DNA from: Vulcanisaeta distributa DSM 14429
GTDB taxonomy: Archaea; Thermoproteota; Thermoprotei; Thermoproteales; Thermocladiaceae
DNA: 32,000 bases
Assembly (NCBI RefSeq): GCF_000148385.1
Contig: NC_014537.1
Coordinates: forward strand, 660,001-692,000
Direction of reading: 5' to 3'
The translations under genes and the position numbers were made by a program. Below the pieces are notes generated by a model that was not told the origin of the DNA, searched no databases, and worked only from the letters and a program-made list of their open reading frames with translations. Positions 10,065 through 19,034 of the stretch are shown piece by piece; position 1 is the first letter of the stretch; every line of letters begins with the position of its first letter.

Positions 10065-10335
10065 CTTCTTGATAGAGGTCATAATGAGTAATGAGGTTAA
10101 CACATTCGATGCCGTAGTCAGGGCTATGAACGTGATCAGGAGGGGTAAGGTAACGATTAAGCACATGGTGATAGACATGAGTGACTCGGTGATCAAGGTC
10201 TCCATTAGGGCTAGGGGCGAGGAGGATGAGGTTAGGTGGGTCTGTAATAAACTTGATAAGCTCTACGATGTGGTAAATGTTAAATATATGCCCGAAGAAG
10301 TACACATGAATAAGGTGGTGATTAGTAATGGCTAG
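10048..10335 (+). CDS. ilvN: acetolactate synthase small (regulatory) subunit, minimal ACT-only form
   Basis: The ATG at 10048 overlaps the ilvB stop region. The ~95-aa product is MTMEGDFLIEVIMSNEVNTFDAVVRAMNVIRRGKVTIKHMVIDMSD..KLDKLYDVVNVKY, which is ACT-like and has the KL.DV..V ending typical of IlvN. Position between ilvB and ilvC supports it. The track ORF start at 9943 lies inside ilvB and is unlikely. Confidence 0.55.
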   Translation: MTMEGDFLIEVIMSNEVNTFDAVVRAMNVIRRGKVTIKHMVIDMSDSVIKVSIRARGEEDEVRWVCNKLDKLYDVVNVKYMPEEVHMNKVVISNG

Positions 10336-11311
10336 GATATACAAAGATGGGGATGCGGATCTATCGGTGATAAGGGGTAAGGTAGTGGCTGTGCTTGGTT
10401 ACGGCATTCAGGGTAGGGCGTGGGCCTTAAACATGAGGGATAGTGGTGTCAAGGTCATTGTTGGCGTCAGGCCTGGCAAGAGCTTTGACCTGGCTCGGCA
10501 GGAGGGCTTTGAGGTCTACCCAGTGGGTGATGCGGTTAGGAGGGCCGACATAATAGCGGTCCTACTACCCGATATGGTACAGCCAAGTGTTTGGGGGTCT
10601 GAGATCGCGCCGGGCCTTAGGCGTGGCATGACTGTGGTGTTTGCCCATGGCTTCAACATTAGGTTTGGGTTAATAAGGCCGCCAAGTGATGTGGACGTAG
10701 TCCTAATAGCGCCCAAAGCCCCAGGTAAGGCCGTTAGGGATGAGTTCGTTAGGGGTTGGGGAGTCCCGGCACTCGTCGCAGTTCACCAGGACTTCACGGG
10801 GAGTGCCCTGAAGACGGCATTGGCGATTGCCAAGGCCAATGGGTTCACGAGAGTGGGTGTAATAGAGACGACCTTCGCCGAGGAGACGGAGACCGACCTA
10901 ATCGGTGAGCAGAACGTGCTTGTTGGCGGGCTACTGCAGTTGTTGAGGTATGGTTTTGAGGTTATGGTGGAGCTCGGTTACCAACCTGAGGTGGCTTACT
11001 TCGAGGCCATTAATGAGGCTAAGCTAATAATGGACCTGATATGGGAGAGGGGACTCACTGGGATGCTTCTAGGTGTTAGTGAGACTGCCAGGTACGGTGG
11101 CTTGACGGTTGGGCCGTACGTAATTAATGAGGATGTTAAGAGGAGGATGAAGGAGGCTGCCGAGAAGGTTAGAAGTGGCGAATTTGCTAAGGAGTGGATT
11201 GCGGAGTATCAGAGGGGTGCGCCAAGGCTCAGGGAGTTACTTGAGCAGGTTAGTAATAGCCAGGTTGAGAGGGTTGGCGAGTTCCTAAGGCAGTTAATGA
11301 GAAGCAAGTAA
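10328..11311 (+). CDS. ilvC: ketol-acid reductoisomerase (class I)
   Basis: 327 aa with GYGIQGRAWALNMRDSG (the NADP-binding GxGxxG region), FAHGFNI and EETETDLIGEQNVLVGG. It overlaps ilvN by 8 nt. Confidence 0.9.
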   Translation: MARIYKDGDADLSVIRGKVVAVLGYGIQGRAWALNMRDSGVKVIVGVRPGKSFDLARQEGFEVYPVGDAVRRADIIAVLLPDMVQPSVWGSEIAPGLRRGMTVVFAHGFNIRFGLIRPPSDVDVVLIAPKAPGKAVRDEFVRGWGVPALVAVHQDFTGSALKTALAIAKANGFTRVGVIETTFAEETETDLIGEQNVLVGGLLQLLRYGFEVMVELGYQPEVAYFEAINEAKLIMDLIWERGLTGMLLGVSETARYGGLTVGPYVINEDVKRRMKEAAEKVRSGEFAKEWIAEYQRGAPRLRELLEQVSNSQVERVGEFLRQLMRSK

Positions 11312-11515
11312 GCCCCTATTCTAAAATTCATTAACCTTCAAAAATAAACAATCCATAATTCTCGCCCATTACCCACTGTATGACTGAAGGGCCACCGGAC
11401 CGCTTATTAATTATGATAATTATGAATTATAAATCATGATTATATATTATGAATAATTTTCAATAATTTAGAGGTTAGTCTATTGACTTATTAATCTTTC
11501 ATTTTTGACTTAGGC

Positions 11516-11528
11516 AAAATTTTTAATT
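11516..11528 (+). promoter_or_regulatory. candidate TATA box for the hdrA-like gene
   Basis: AAAATTTTTAATT is centred ~27 nt upstream of the GTG at 11549. That spacing fits an archaeal promoter driving a leaderless or short-leader mRNA. Confidence 0.35.
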
Positions 11529-11548
11529 CACGGCATAACTCATTAACC

Positions 11549-14500
11549 GTGAATTATAGGGCACTGGATGTTAATCGCGTGAAGAGGCCGTTGGGTAGGC
11601 TTAAGATTACGCCGGAAATGTGCATTGGCGATGAACTGTGCGTTAAGAGGTGCCCAATGGGTATCCTGGAGCTAACTAGGGAGGAGGTTAATCCAAGGGG
11701 TTATCATTATGTCAGGATTAAGCCCGGTAAGGAGGTTGATTGCGTGGCATGTGGTATATGCGAAAAGGTCTGCCCAACAAACGCCATATATGTCGAGCAT
11801 GAGGAGGAAATAACAATCAAGGATTACTTAATGAAGATTGACAAGACTAAGGTCACGCAGGAGAGTGCCACTAACAATAGGGTCCTTGTGATTGGTGGTG
11901 GTATTGCTGGTGTTGAGGCTGCTCTTGCTTTGGCTGGCATGGGTTATAGGGTTACGCTTGTTGAGAAGTCCCCGGCCATCGGCGGTAAGATGGCAATGCT
12001 CGACAAAACATTCCCAACCCTCGACTGCTCAATATGCATAGAAGGACCATTAATGAGCGATACCTCGAATAATAGGAACATCGAGGTATTAACGCTGGCA
12101 GAATTAATGGAGTTAAAAGGTGAACCAGGCCATTATAGGGCTAAGATCCTCGTCAAGCCGAGGTACGTGACCAACGAATGCACTAAGTGCGGGTTGTGTG
12201 AGGGCGTGTGCCCCGTGGTGGTTCCAAGCGAGTATAATGCGGGTATTGGCCTTAGGAAGGCCATATACCTACCATTCCCACAGGCGGAGCCCGGCATCTA
12301 CGCCATAGACCCAGACCTATGCCTAAACAAGCCCCCTGAGAACATAGCCTGCAATAGGTGCGTTAGTGTCTGTGAGCCTAGGACCATACTATTCACCATG
12401 ATGCCCAGGATAATCGAGAGGGAGGTGGCGGCAGTCATAGTGGCCACGGGATACGAACTAGAGGGTGGCGAGGTATTGACTAAGTATGGCTATGGAAAAC
12501 ACCCTGACGTACTCACGGCAATGGAGTTCGAGAGGCTCGTCAACGCCACGGGACCATCATTAGGCGAGGTGGTTAAACTAAGTAATCATGGACACCCGAG
12601 GAAGGTCCTATTCATATCCTGCATAGGCTCTAGGACGAGTAGGGCAAACCCATACTGCTCAAAGGTCTGTTGCGAGTACCTGCTTAAGCAAGCCATTTAC
12701 GCGAAGAATCACGGCATTGATGACGTCACCATATTATACATGAATGACGTTAGGACCTACGGCAAGGGTTTCGAGAACCTATACCAAAGGGCTGTTGAGA
12801 GAGGCGTCAGGATAGTCCATGGTAGGCCATTGGTAATAGGCCCTGTCAACGGTTCAATAAGGGTTAAGTACGAGGATACGCGGAGTGGGGAGGTCAGGGT
12901 TGAGGATTACGACATGGTTGTCCTGGCACCAACCATGAGGCCACCTAAGGACATGCAGAGACTAGCCAATGCATTGGGTCTCGAACTTGATAGGTACGGC
13001 TTCATCAAGGTAAACCCGGCAAATCCCGTTGAGACAAACATCCCCGGCATATTCGTGGCAGGGAGCGCCTCCGGGCCCACGGACATTACGGAGTCAGTAC
13101 TCATGGGCTTAGCCGCGGCGGCCCAGGCCGTGGGCTTCATGGGCAAATCCATAATAGAGACTGAGGAGTTTAGTGAAACCATAGAGGCGGAGAAGCCGAG
13201 GATAGGCGTCTTTGTTTGCCACTGCGGTAGTAATATAGCCGGTATCGCCGATGTGAACGAGTTGGTCAAGTTTTCGAGGGGATTGCCTGGCGTGGTCCAT
13301 GCCGAGGACATACCCTTCGCCTGCTCGAAGGCTGGGTTAGACCGAGTCGCCGAGTCAATAAAGAGGAATAACCTTAACAGAGTCGTTGTTGCGGCCTGCT
13401 CACCGGCAACTCACCTTAGGTTTTTCCGGGATTCTGCGAGGAGGGCTGGTCTTAATCCGTATCTCGTGGAGATGACGAACATTAGGAACCTGGATACGTG
13501 GGTCCACAACGATAGGAAGGTGGCCACAGAAAAGGCAAAAGACATGATAAGAATGGCCGTGGCCAAGGCATCACTCATGAGGCCCTTCAGACCCGAGAAG
13601 CTCGGTATAATTAAGAGGGCGTTAGTCATCGGTTGCGGCCCCGCGGGGCTAGCGGCTGTTAATGCCCTCGTTAATGCGGGTGTTGAGACCATGGTGGTTG
13701 AGCTAGGGAGTAAGTGCGGTGGTCCTTATCTAAACGACTTCGTGATTAGGTACTTACCAGAGGGTATCAGGGCTAAGGAGGTGGTTAACAAATTGCTTAA
13801 GGTTCTTGAGAACCCCAGGGTTAAGGTTTATTACGGAACCACGGTTAAGGACGTGTCTGGCTTCACGGGTAACTTCCACGTTATCCTAAGCAACGGTGTC
13901 GAACTCGACGTAGGCGCAATAATAGTGGCCACGGGAGCCAGCCCTGTCAATACCGTTAACTACAAAGCTGGCAATGGACTTAATGTCATGACTATACACG
14001 ACTTAATCAATGGTGGTTTAAACGTCGGTAATGACGTGTTATTCATCGACCTATGTAACAAGCCGTATTGCCAAGCCGTAATGTTTAACACTGCGTTAAC
14101 CCTGAGGAGGGCAGGTAAGAATGTGTACGTGGTCGTTAGGGATATCATGATGGTTGGGACACAGTATGAGGACTTGTATAGGGAGGTTAGGAGGGCTGGC
14201 GTTACAATACTGAGGGTTCCAAGGGATGGCAATGTCATGAACCACGTGGTGCTCAATCACGACACTGCCGTGATTAGGGATGTGGAGCTTGGTGAAGACG
14301 TGACAGTACGCATAGACTCAGTCATACTTAACACGCCCATGAAGCCCAACTCAGACGAGGTTTCAAAGATATTGAGGCTTTCTAAGGATCAGGAGGGCTT
14401 CCTGATGGAGGCCCACCCGAAGCTCGGCCCGGTGGACACCATGACCCCGGGAATATTCGTAGCCGGTGCTGTTAGGGCTCATAGGGGCTTTGGCGAGGCT

Positions 14501-15229
14501 GTCCTGGAGGGTTACGCGGCAGCTGCCAGGGCATTGACGCTATTGTCTAGGGACTACATAATTAAGGAGGTCTCAGTGCCAAGGGTGGACCCGGGTAAAT
14601 GCGTTGGTTGCTTGCTATGCGTTAAAGCTTGCCCGTACGGCGCCATCAAGGGTGAGCCTGGTAAGCCCGTCACGATAAACCCCGCCGCTTGCCAGGGCTG
14701 TGGTTCATGTGTTGGTGAGTGCCCATACGGTGCATTGGATATGGACCTGCTTAGTGATGATGCTATTTTGGCTCAGGTTGAGGCTGCCTTGGCTGAGGAG
14801 CCTGAGAAGAAGGTGATAATGTTCACATGCGCCTACTGCTCCTACTACGCGGCCGATAACACGGGGATACTGAAGCTTCAGTATCCACCGCATATTAGGA
14901 TAATTAGGTTACCATGTAGCTCAAGGCTTAATTGGAGGCATGTTAAGCGTGCTTTTGAGCTTGGTGCTGCCGGTGTGTTTGTGACTGGTTGTAGGCTTGG
15001 TGACTGCCACTACATAACCGCAAACTACAACACAGTAAGAAGATTCGAAAACTGGAAAAAGAGACTAAAAAACATAGGCGTGAGAGAAGAAAGATTCCAA
15101 CTGAGACTATTCGGTGCGCCGGACGTTAAGGACTTCATAGAGGCTGCTAATGAGGCGAAGAGGATTGTTGAAACAGTGACTAGGGAAGAGATTGAAATGA
15201 CAAAACAAAAAATCAAGCAAATAAGGTGA
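11549..15229 (+). CDS. tandem HdrA-like flavoprotein (two FAD modules, several 4Fe-4S ferredoxin domains) fused to a C-terminal MvhD-like domain
   Basis: 1226 aa. N-terminal ferredoxin: CVACGICEKVCP. Module 1: VIGGGIAGVEAALALAGMGYRVTLVEK..GGKMAMLDKTFPTLDCSICI, CTKCGLCEGVCP, FISCIGSR..YCSKVCC. HdrA N-terminal-type domain: IGVFVCHCGSNIAG..VVVAACSPATHLRFF..NIRNLDTWVH. Module 2: ALVIGCGPAGLAAVNALVNAG. Ferredoxin: CVGCLLCVKACP and CQGCGSCVGECP. MvhD-like: VIMFTCAYCSYYAADNTG..RLPCSSRLNW..GAAGVFVTGCRLGDCHY. Confidence 0.8.
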   Translation: MNYRALDVNRVKRPLGRLKITPEMCIGDELCVKRCPMGILELTREEVNPRGYHYVRIKPGKEVDCVACGICEKVCPTNAIYVEHEEEITIKDYLMKIDKTKVTQESATNNRVLVIGGGIAGVEAALALAGMGYRVTLVEKSPAIGGKMAMLDKTFPTLDCSICIEGPLMSDTSNNRNIEVLTLAELMELKGEPGHYRAKILVKPRYVTNECTKCGLCEGVCPVVVPSEYNAGIGLRKAIYLPFPQAEPGIYAIDPDLCLNKPPENIACNRCVSVCEPRTILFTMMPRIIEREVAAVIVATGYELEGGEVLTKYGYGKHPDVLTAMEFERLVNATGPSLGEVVKLSNHGHPRKVLFISCIGSRTSRANPYCSKVCCEYLLKQAIYAKNHGIDDVTILYMNDVRTYGKGFENLYQRAVERGVRIVHGRPLVIGPVNGSIRVKYEDTRSGEVRVEDYDMVVLAPTMRPPKDMQRLANALGLELDRYGFIKVNPANPVETNIPGIFVAGSASGPTDITESVLMGLAAAAQAVGFMGKSIIETEEFSETIEAEKPRIGVFVCHCGSNIAGIADVNELVKFSRGLPGVVHAEDIPFACSKAGLDRVAESIKRNNLNRVVVAACSPATHLRFFRDSARRAGLNPYLVEMTNIRNLDTWVHNDRKVATEKAKDMIRMAVAKASLMRPFRPEKLGIIKRALVIGCGPAGLAAVNALVNAGVETMVVELGSKCGGPYLNDFVIRYLPEGIRAKEVVNKLLKVLENPRVKVYYGTTVKDVSGFTGNFHVILSNGVELDVGAIIVATGASPVNTVNYKAGNGLNVMTIHDLINGGLNVGNDVLFIDLCNKPYCQAVMFNTALTLRRAGKNVYVVVRDIMMVGTQYEDLYREVRRAGVTILRVPRDGNVMNHVVLNHDTAVIRDVELGEDVTVRIDSVILNTPMKPNSDEVSKILRLSKDQEGFLMEAHPKLGPVDTMTPGIFVAGAVRAHRGFGEAVLEGYAAAARALTLLSRDYIIKEVSVPRVDPGKCVGCLLCVKACPYGAIKGEPGKPVTINPAACQGCGSCVGECPYGALDMDLLSDDAILAQVEAALAEEPEKKVIMFTCAYCSYYAADNTGILKLQYPPHIRIIRLPCSSRLNWRHVKRAFELGAAGVFVTGCRLGDCHYITANYNTVRRFENWKKRLKNIGVREERFQLRLFGAPDVKDFIEAANEAKRIVETVTREEIEMTKQKIKQIR

Positions 15230-15534
15230 TGAAAATGGCCGTGGCAAACCCCACACTTAAGGAGGAGTTACTCAGGTTTGAACCCACGGCATCACTATGC
15301 TACCAATGCGGTACGTGCACCACGGTTTGCCCAATGTCTGAGTTCGGGTTGAACACAAGGTTGGTAATGAAGTTGGCGAACTTAGGGGTAATAAATGATT
15401 GGGTGCGTAAAGTCATATGGCTATGCACGGGTTGTGGCTTATGTCAGGAGAACTGTCCAAACGAAATTAGAATACCCAACGTGATTAGGTTCATCAGGTC
15501 AAAGGTGATAATCGAGCAACGAAGAGGTAGGTAA
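15226..15534 (+). CDS. small HdrC-like 2x[4Fe-4S] ferredoxin-type protein
   Basis: 102 aa with CYQCGTCTTVCP and CTGCGLCQENCP. The GTG at 15226, or the ATG at 15229, overlaps the upstream stop (translational coupling). Confidence 0.6.
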   Translation: MMKMAVANPTLKEELLRFEPTASLCYQCGTCTTVCPMSEFGLNTRLVMKLANLGVINDWVRKVIWLCTGCGLCQENCPNEIRIPNVIRFIRSKVIIEQRRGR

Positions 15535-15603
15535 TGCGATAAATTATCATTATCAAAAATAAACAAATTTTATCAAAGGGACTTACACCCCATATAGAAC
15601 TTC

Positions 15604-16752
15604 ATGACCCTCAAGCCAGAGATTAAGTGGGGATTGGAAGGCATTTATGTTAAGGAAAGTAGCATATGCCTAATAGACCTTGACAATGCTAAGATATACT
15701 ACAGGGGTTATGAACTGAGTGACCTCGCCCTTAAATCCACATTCGAGGAAACCGCATATTAATACTCAGGGGTAAACTACCGAGCAGGACAGAGCTAAGG
15801 GAGTTCACTAGTGAATTGTCTTCAAATAGAGAATTACCCAAAGAATTACTGGCGCTCCTCAGGGGTTTACCCAATGGCCTTAGGCCCATTGACGTACTTA
15901 GACTAAGCATCGATTACCTGGGCACCCTCGACAGGGAGGCAATGTCTAAGGGACCTAATGAAGAGGCTAAGGCAATTAGGCTAATAGCCATGGCGCCGAC
16001 CGTTGTCGCAACTACCATAGGCTGACCATGGATAGCTCAGTGCCGAGTCCCAGGACAGACCTAAACCATGTGGCTAATTATTATTACATGTTTTTCGGTA
16101 GGGAACCCAGTGATGAGGAGCTTAGGGCTTTGGAGACTATGTTCATAACGTACATGGAGCACGGCATGAACAACTCCTCGTTCACAGCCGTGACCGTGGC
16201 ATCCACATTAACAGACATATACTCAGTGATTGTGGCAGCACTCTCAAGCTTAAAGGGCCCATTACATGGCGGCGCTAACTTTGAGGCCTTGAAGACGATA
16301 ATCGAGGTCGGTGACCCAAGCCGCGCGGAGGAGTATGTCATTGATAAGGTGAGGAGGGGTGAAAGATCATAGGGTTTGGGCATAGGGTGTATAAGAGGTT
16401 TGCAGATCCAAGGACAACCTACCTAAAGGACCTGGCTAGGAAGTTAGCGGTGAGTAGGGGCGGTTATTATTTAAGACTTTTCGAGACGGCGAGGGCGCTT
16501 GAGGATGCGGTTGAGAAGCACCTGGGCCATAAGGGCGTACATGCCAATACCGATCTCTACGCATCCCTAATATACTACATGCTGGGCTTTCCAATGGAGT
16601 ATAACCCAGCCAATTTCGCGCTGGCCAGGATAGTTGGTTGGGTGGCTCACGTAATTGAGTACTGGGGCATGAATGGCAAATTAATAAGGCCTATGGAGTA
16701 CTACGTGGGTCCACGCGACTTAAAGTATTTACCAATTAGTGAAAGGGAGTGA
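15604..16752 (+). pseudogene. gltA: citrate synthase, interrupted by three frame changes
   Basis: Four collinear segments in frames 1, 0, 2 and 1. Segment 1: MTLKPEIKWGLEGIYVKESSICLIDLDNAKIYYRGYELSDLALKSTFEETAY. Segment 2: LILRGKLPSRTELREFTSELSSNRELPKE... Segment 3: ...YHRLTMDSSVPSPRTDLNHVANYYYMFFG..EHGMNNSSF..GPLHGGAN. Segment 4: IIGFGHRVYKRFADPR..GWVAHVIEYW. Together they make a ~380-aa archaeal citrate synthase. Breaks are near 15759, 16010 and 16363-16369. Confidence 0.8.
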
Positions 16753-16864
16753 GAAGGGATTATTTCATTTATGCCGTGGTAATGATGACCTCATTAATTG
16801 CACTAGGGATTTTCTACAGTGGACTAATTTCATTATTATAAATACTTAAAAATTTGTAAAATTG

Positions 16865-16871
16865 TTTATAA
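16865..16871 (+). promoter_or_regulatory. candidate TATA box for the oxidoreductase operon
   Basis: TTTATAA lies ~30 nt upstream of the ATG at 16898, inside a 140-nt AT-rich intergenic region. Confidence 0.35.
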
Positions 16872-16897
16872 CCAATCATACCCAATGAAGATTTAAT

Positions 16898-17458
16898 ATG
16901 ACGGGTGAAAGTTATGAAATGGTGTTCTTCGGCAGAGGTGGGCAGGGCGCCGTAACCGCAGCGCAGATAATGGCGTTGGCGGCTGTGGGTAAGGGATTAT
17001 ACGCATTAGCATACCCAGAGTTTGGACCAGAGAGGAGAGGTGCGCCTGTTAGGTCGTACTTGGCAATATCCAATGAGCCAATAGAGGTTAGGGAGCCCAT
17101 AGAGAGGCCTAATATATCCATAGTCTTTGGCCCAGACCTACTAAGGGTTAACCCAGAAATACCTGAGAGGACGCGTGATTACATAATCGTTAACTCAAGG
17201 CGTTATGAGACTGTTGAGCCGTATTTAAGGGGTTTTGGCGGTGGTATAGTTCATATAAATGCGTATGACCTATCAACTAAGTACTTGGGTAGGGCTATAG
17301 TTAATACGGCGATGCTTGGGGCGTTATTAAAGGTCTTTGATGCCTTAACGGTTGATGATGTCGCTAATGCGGTGCTGAGGGTCTTTGGCGGTAAATTGGG
17401 TAAGGCGAATGCGGAGCTCATTAGGGTAGCGTATAATGAGGCGCGGGTGATTAGATGA
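16898..17458 (+). CDS. porG: 2-oxoacid (pyruvate/2-ketoisovalerate):ferredoxin oxidoreductase gamma subunit
   Basis: 186 aa with FGRGGQGAVTAAQIMALAA and EFGPERRGAPV. It is the first gene of a four-gene overlapping operon. Confidence 0.85.
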   Translation: MTGESYEMVFFGRGGQGAVTAAQIMALAAVGKGLYALAYPEFGPERRGAPVRSYLAISNEPIEVREPIERPNISIVFGPDLLRVNPEIPERTRDYIIVNSRRYETVEPYLRGFGGGIVHINAYDLSTKYLGRAIVNTAMLGALLKVFDALTVDDVANAVLRVFGGKLGKANAELIRVAYNEARVIR

Positions 17459-17808
17459 GCACAGGCGCCTGGGCGCCAAAGAGCATCAAGTTGCTGGGTT
17501 GGAGGGAGTTACCTGCCATTGGTGGTTATGTAATAGAGCCGATGAGCACGGCAAGGAATAACACGGGTTCCTGGAGGACCGAGAAGCCCGTGATAAACCA
17601 AGACCTGTGCATTAGGTGTAGGACCTGCTGGACATACTGCCCCGAGCCGGCGATACTGGAGCTCGATAAGCCCTACATTACTAAGGATGGTAGGAAATAC
17701 GACATAACCTACGAGATTGATTACGACCACTGCAAGGGCTGTGGGATATGCGCTCACGAATGCCCAGTCAAGGCGATAACCATGATACCCGAGGGTGTTG
17801 AAGAATGA
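17455..17808 (+). CDS. porD: 2-oxoacid:ferredoxin oxidoreductase delta subunit (2x[4Fe-4S])
   Basis: 117 aa with CIRCRTCWTYCP and CKGCGICAHECP. It has 4-nt overlaps with both neighbours. Confidence 0.85.
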   Translation: MSTGAWAPKSIKLLGWRELPAIGGYVIEPMSTARNNTGSWRTEKPVINQDLCIRCRTCWTYCPEPAILELDKPYITKDGRKYDITYEIDYDHCKGCGICAHECPVKAITMIPEGVEE

Positions 17809-19034
17809 GCTTGGCAACGGTTGAGTCAAGGATTAGGAGGGGTATCGTCAGGGATAGGATAGCCGTAACCTCAAACCACGCGGCAGCCTACGCCGCTAGG
17901 GATGCCGAGGTCGACGTTGTGGCGGCATACCCAATAACACCGCAGACGCCAGCCGTTGAGAAGATCGCGGATTTTATAGCAAATGGTGAGATGAGCGCCG
18001 AGTACATACCCGTTGAGTCGGAGCACAGCGCACTATCAGCGTTAATAGGGGCCTCGGCGGCCGGCGCCAGGACGTTCACCGCAACCTCAAGCCAGGGACT
18101 CTTCTATATGTTTGAATTACTCTACATAGCGTCGGGCCTGAGGCTTCCAATAGTCATGGCCCTGGCCACGAGGGCTGCCTCCGCGCCCATATGCATTCAT
18201 GGTGATTACCAGGACTTAGCCTCGGTTAGGGACTCTGGGTGGATAGTCATGATTGCCTCCTCTGCTCAGGAGGTTTATGATTCGATTATTATGGCGTATA
18301 GGATTGCCGAGGATGGTAGGGTCCTGCTGCCCGTCATGGTCGCGTACGACGGATTCCTAATGAGCCACACCACAGAACCCGTGGAGTTGTATGACCTGGA
18401 CGTGATTAGGAGGTTTGCGCCAAAGAAGATAGATAGGCCAATACTAGATAGCAGGAGGCCAATAACGATGGGCGTGATGGCAGTGCCTGAGTGGTACTAT
18501 GAAATCAAGTACCAATTAATCGATGCAATGCATAACTCAATGAGTGTTATTAAGGAGGTTCATGATGAGTTCAATAAGACCTTTGGTAGGGATTATAGGT
18601 TAATTGAGGGGTATAGAATTGACGATGCGGACTACGTGGTACTATCCTACGGCGGCATCTGGGGCAATACCAAGAGGGCTGTTGACCTGGCTAGGAAGAG
18701 GGGTGTTAGGGCTGGCGCCCTGAGACTCAGGTTATTTAGGCCATTCCCAACCGATGAGTTAGTGAGGGCTGTTGAGGGTGTTAAGGCTGTGGCAGTAATC
18801 GATAGGGCGGTCAGCCCAGGGGCGCCGATCGAGGGTCCCGTGGCATTGGAGGTCGCGTCAGCGCTAAGGTCCAGGGGCTTGGATGTGCCTGTCGTTTCTG
18901 TGGTTCACGGGCTGGGCCAGAGGACCGTGTTTTCGAGGGATATTGAGGAATTGATCAGGATATTAAACACATCGGAATTAACGAAACTAATGAGGAATAC
19001 GCTGTACATGGGTGTGAGGGAGTATGGTGGTTAA
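17805..19034 (+). CDS. porA: 2-oxoacid:ferredoxin oxidoreductase alpha subunit
   Basis: 409 aa with AAYPITPQT, ESEHSALSALIGASAAGARTFTATSSQGL and the expected operon position. Confidence 0.85.
   Translation: MSLATVESRIRRGIVRDRIAVTSNHAAAYAARDAEVDVVAAYPITPQTPAVEKIADFIANGEMSAEYIPVESEHSALSALIGASAAGARTFTATSSQGLFYMFELLYIASGLRLPIVMALATRAASAPICIHGDYQDLASVRDSGWIVMIASSAQEVYDSIIMAYRIAEDGRVLLPVMVAYDGFLMSHTTEPVELYDLDVIRRFAPKKIDRPILDSRRPITMGVMAVPEWYYEIKYQLIDAMHNSMSVIKEVHDEFNKTFGRDYRLIEGYRIDDADYVVLSYGGIWGNTKRAVDLARKRGVRAGALRLRLFRPFPTDELVRAVEGVKAVAVIDRAVSPGAPIEGPVALEVASALRSRGLDVPVVSVVHGLGQRTVFSRDIEELIRILNTSELTKLMRNTLYMGVREYGG

Noticed and set aside
12907-14256. Minus-strand ORFs of 134, 63, 93 and 98 aa inside the HdrA-like gene. 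Similar antisense ORFs occur inside ilvB, porA/B, leuC, cimA, tuf and the CoxG-like gene.
   Set aside because: All are antisense to well-supported CDSs, have S/L/T/A-rich low-complexity products, and have no independent promoter-like context.
16782-16830. C-box-like ATGATGA downstream of the citrate synthase pseudogene. Similar isolated TGATGA sites occur near 5312 and 8214.
   Set aside because: No CTGA D or D' box follows at the required ~12-nt and ~45-55-nt spacings on that strand.
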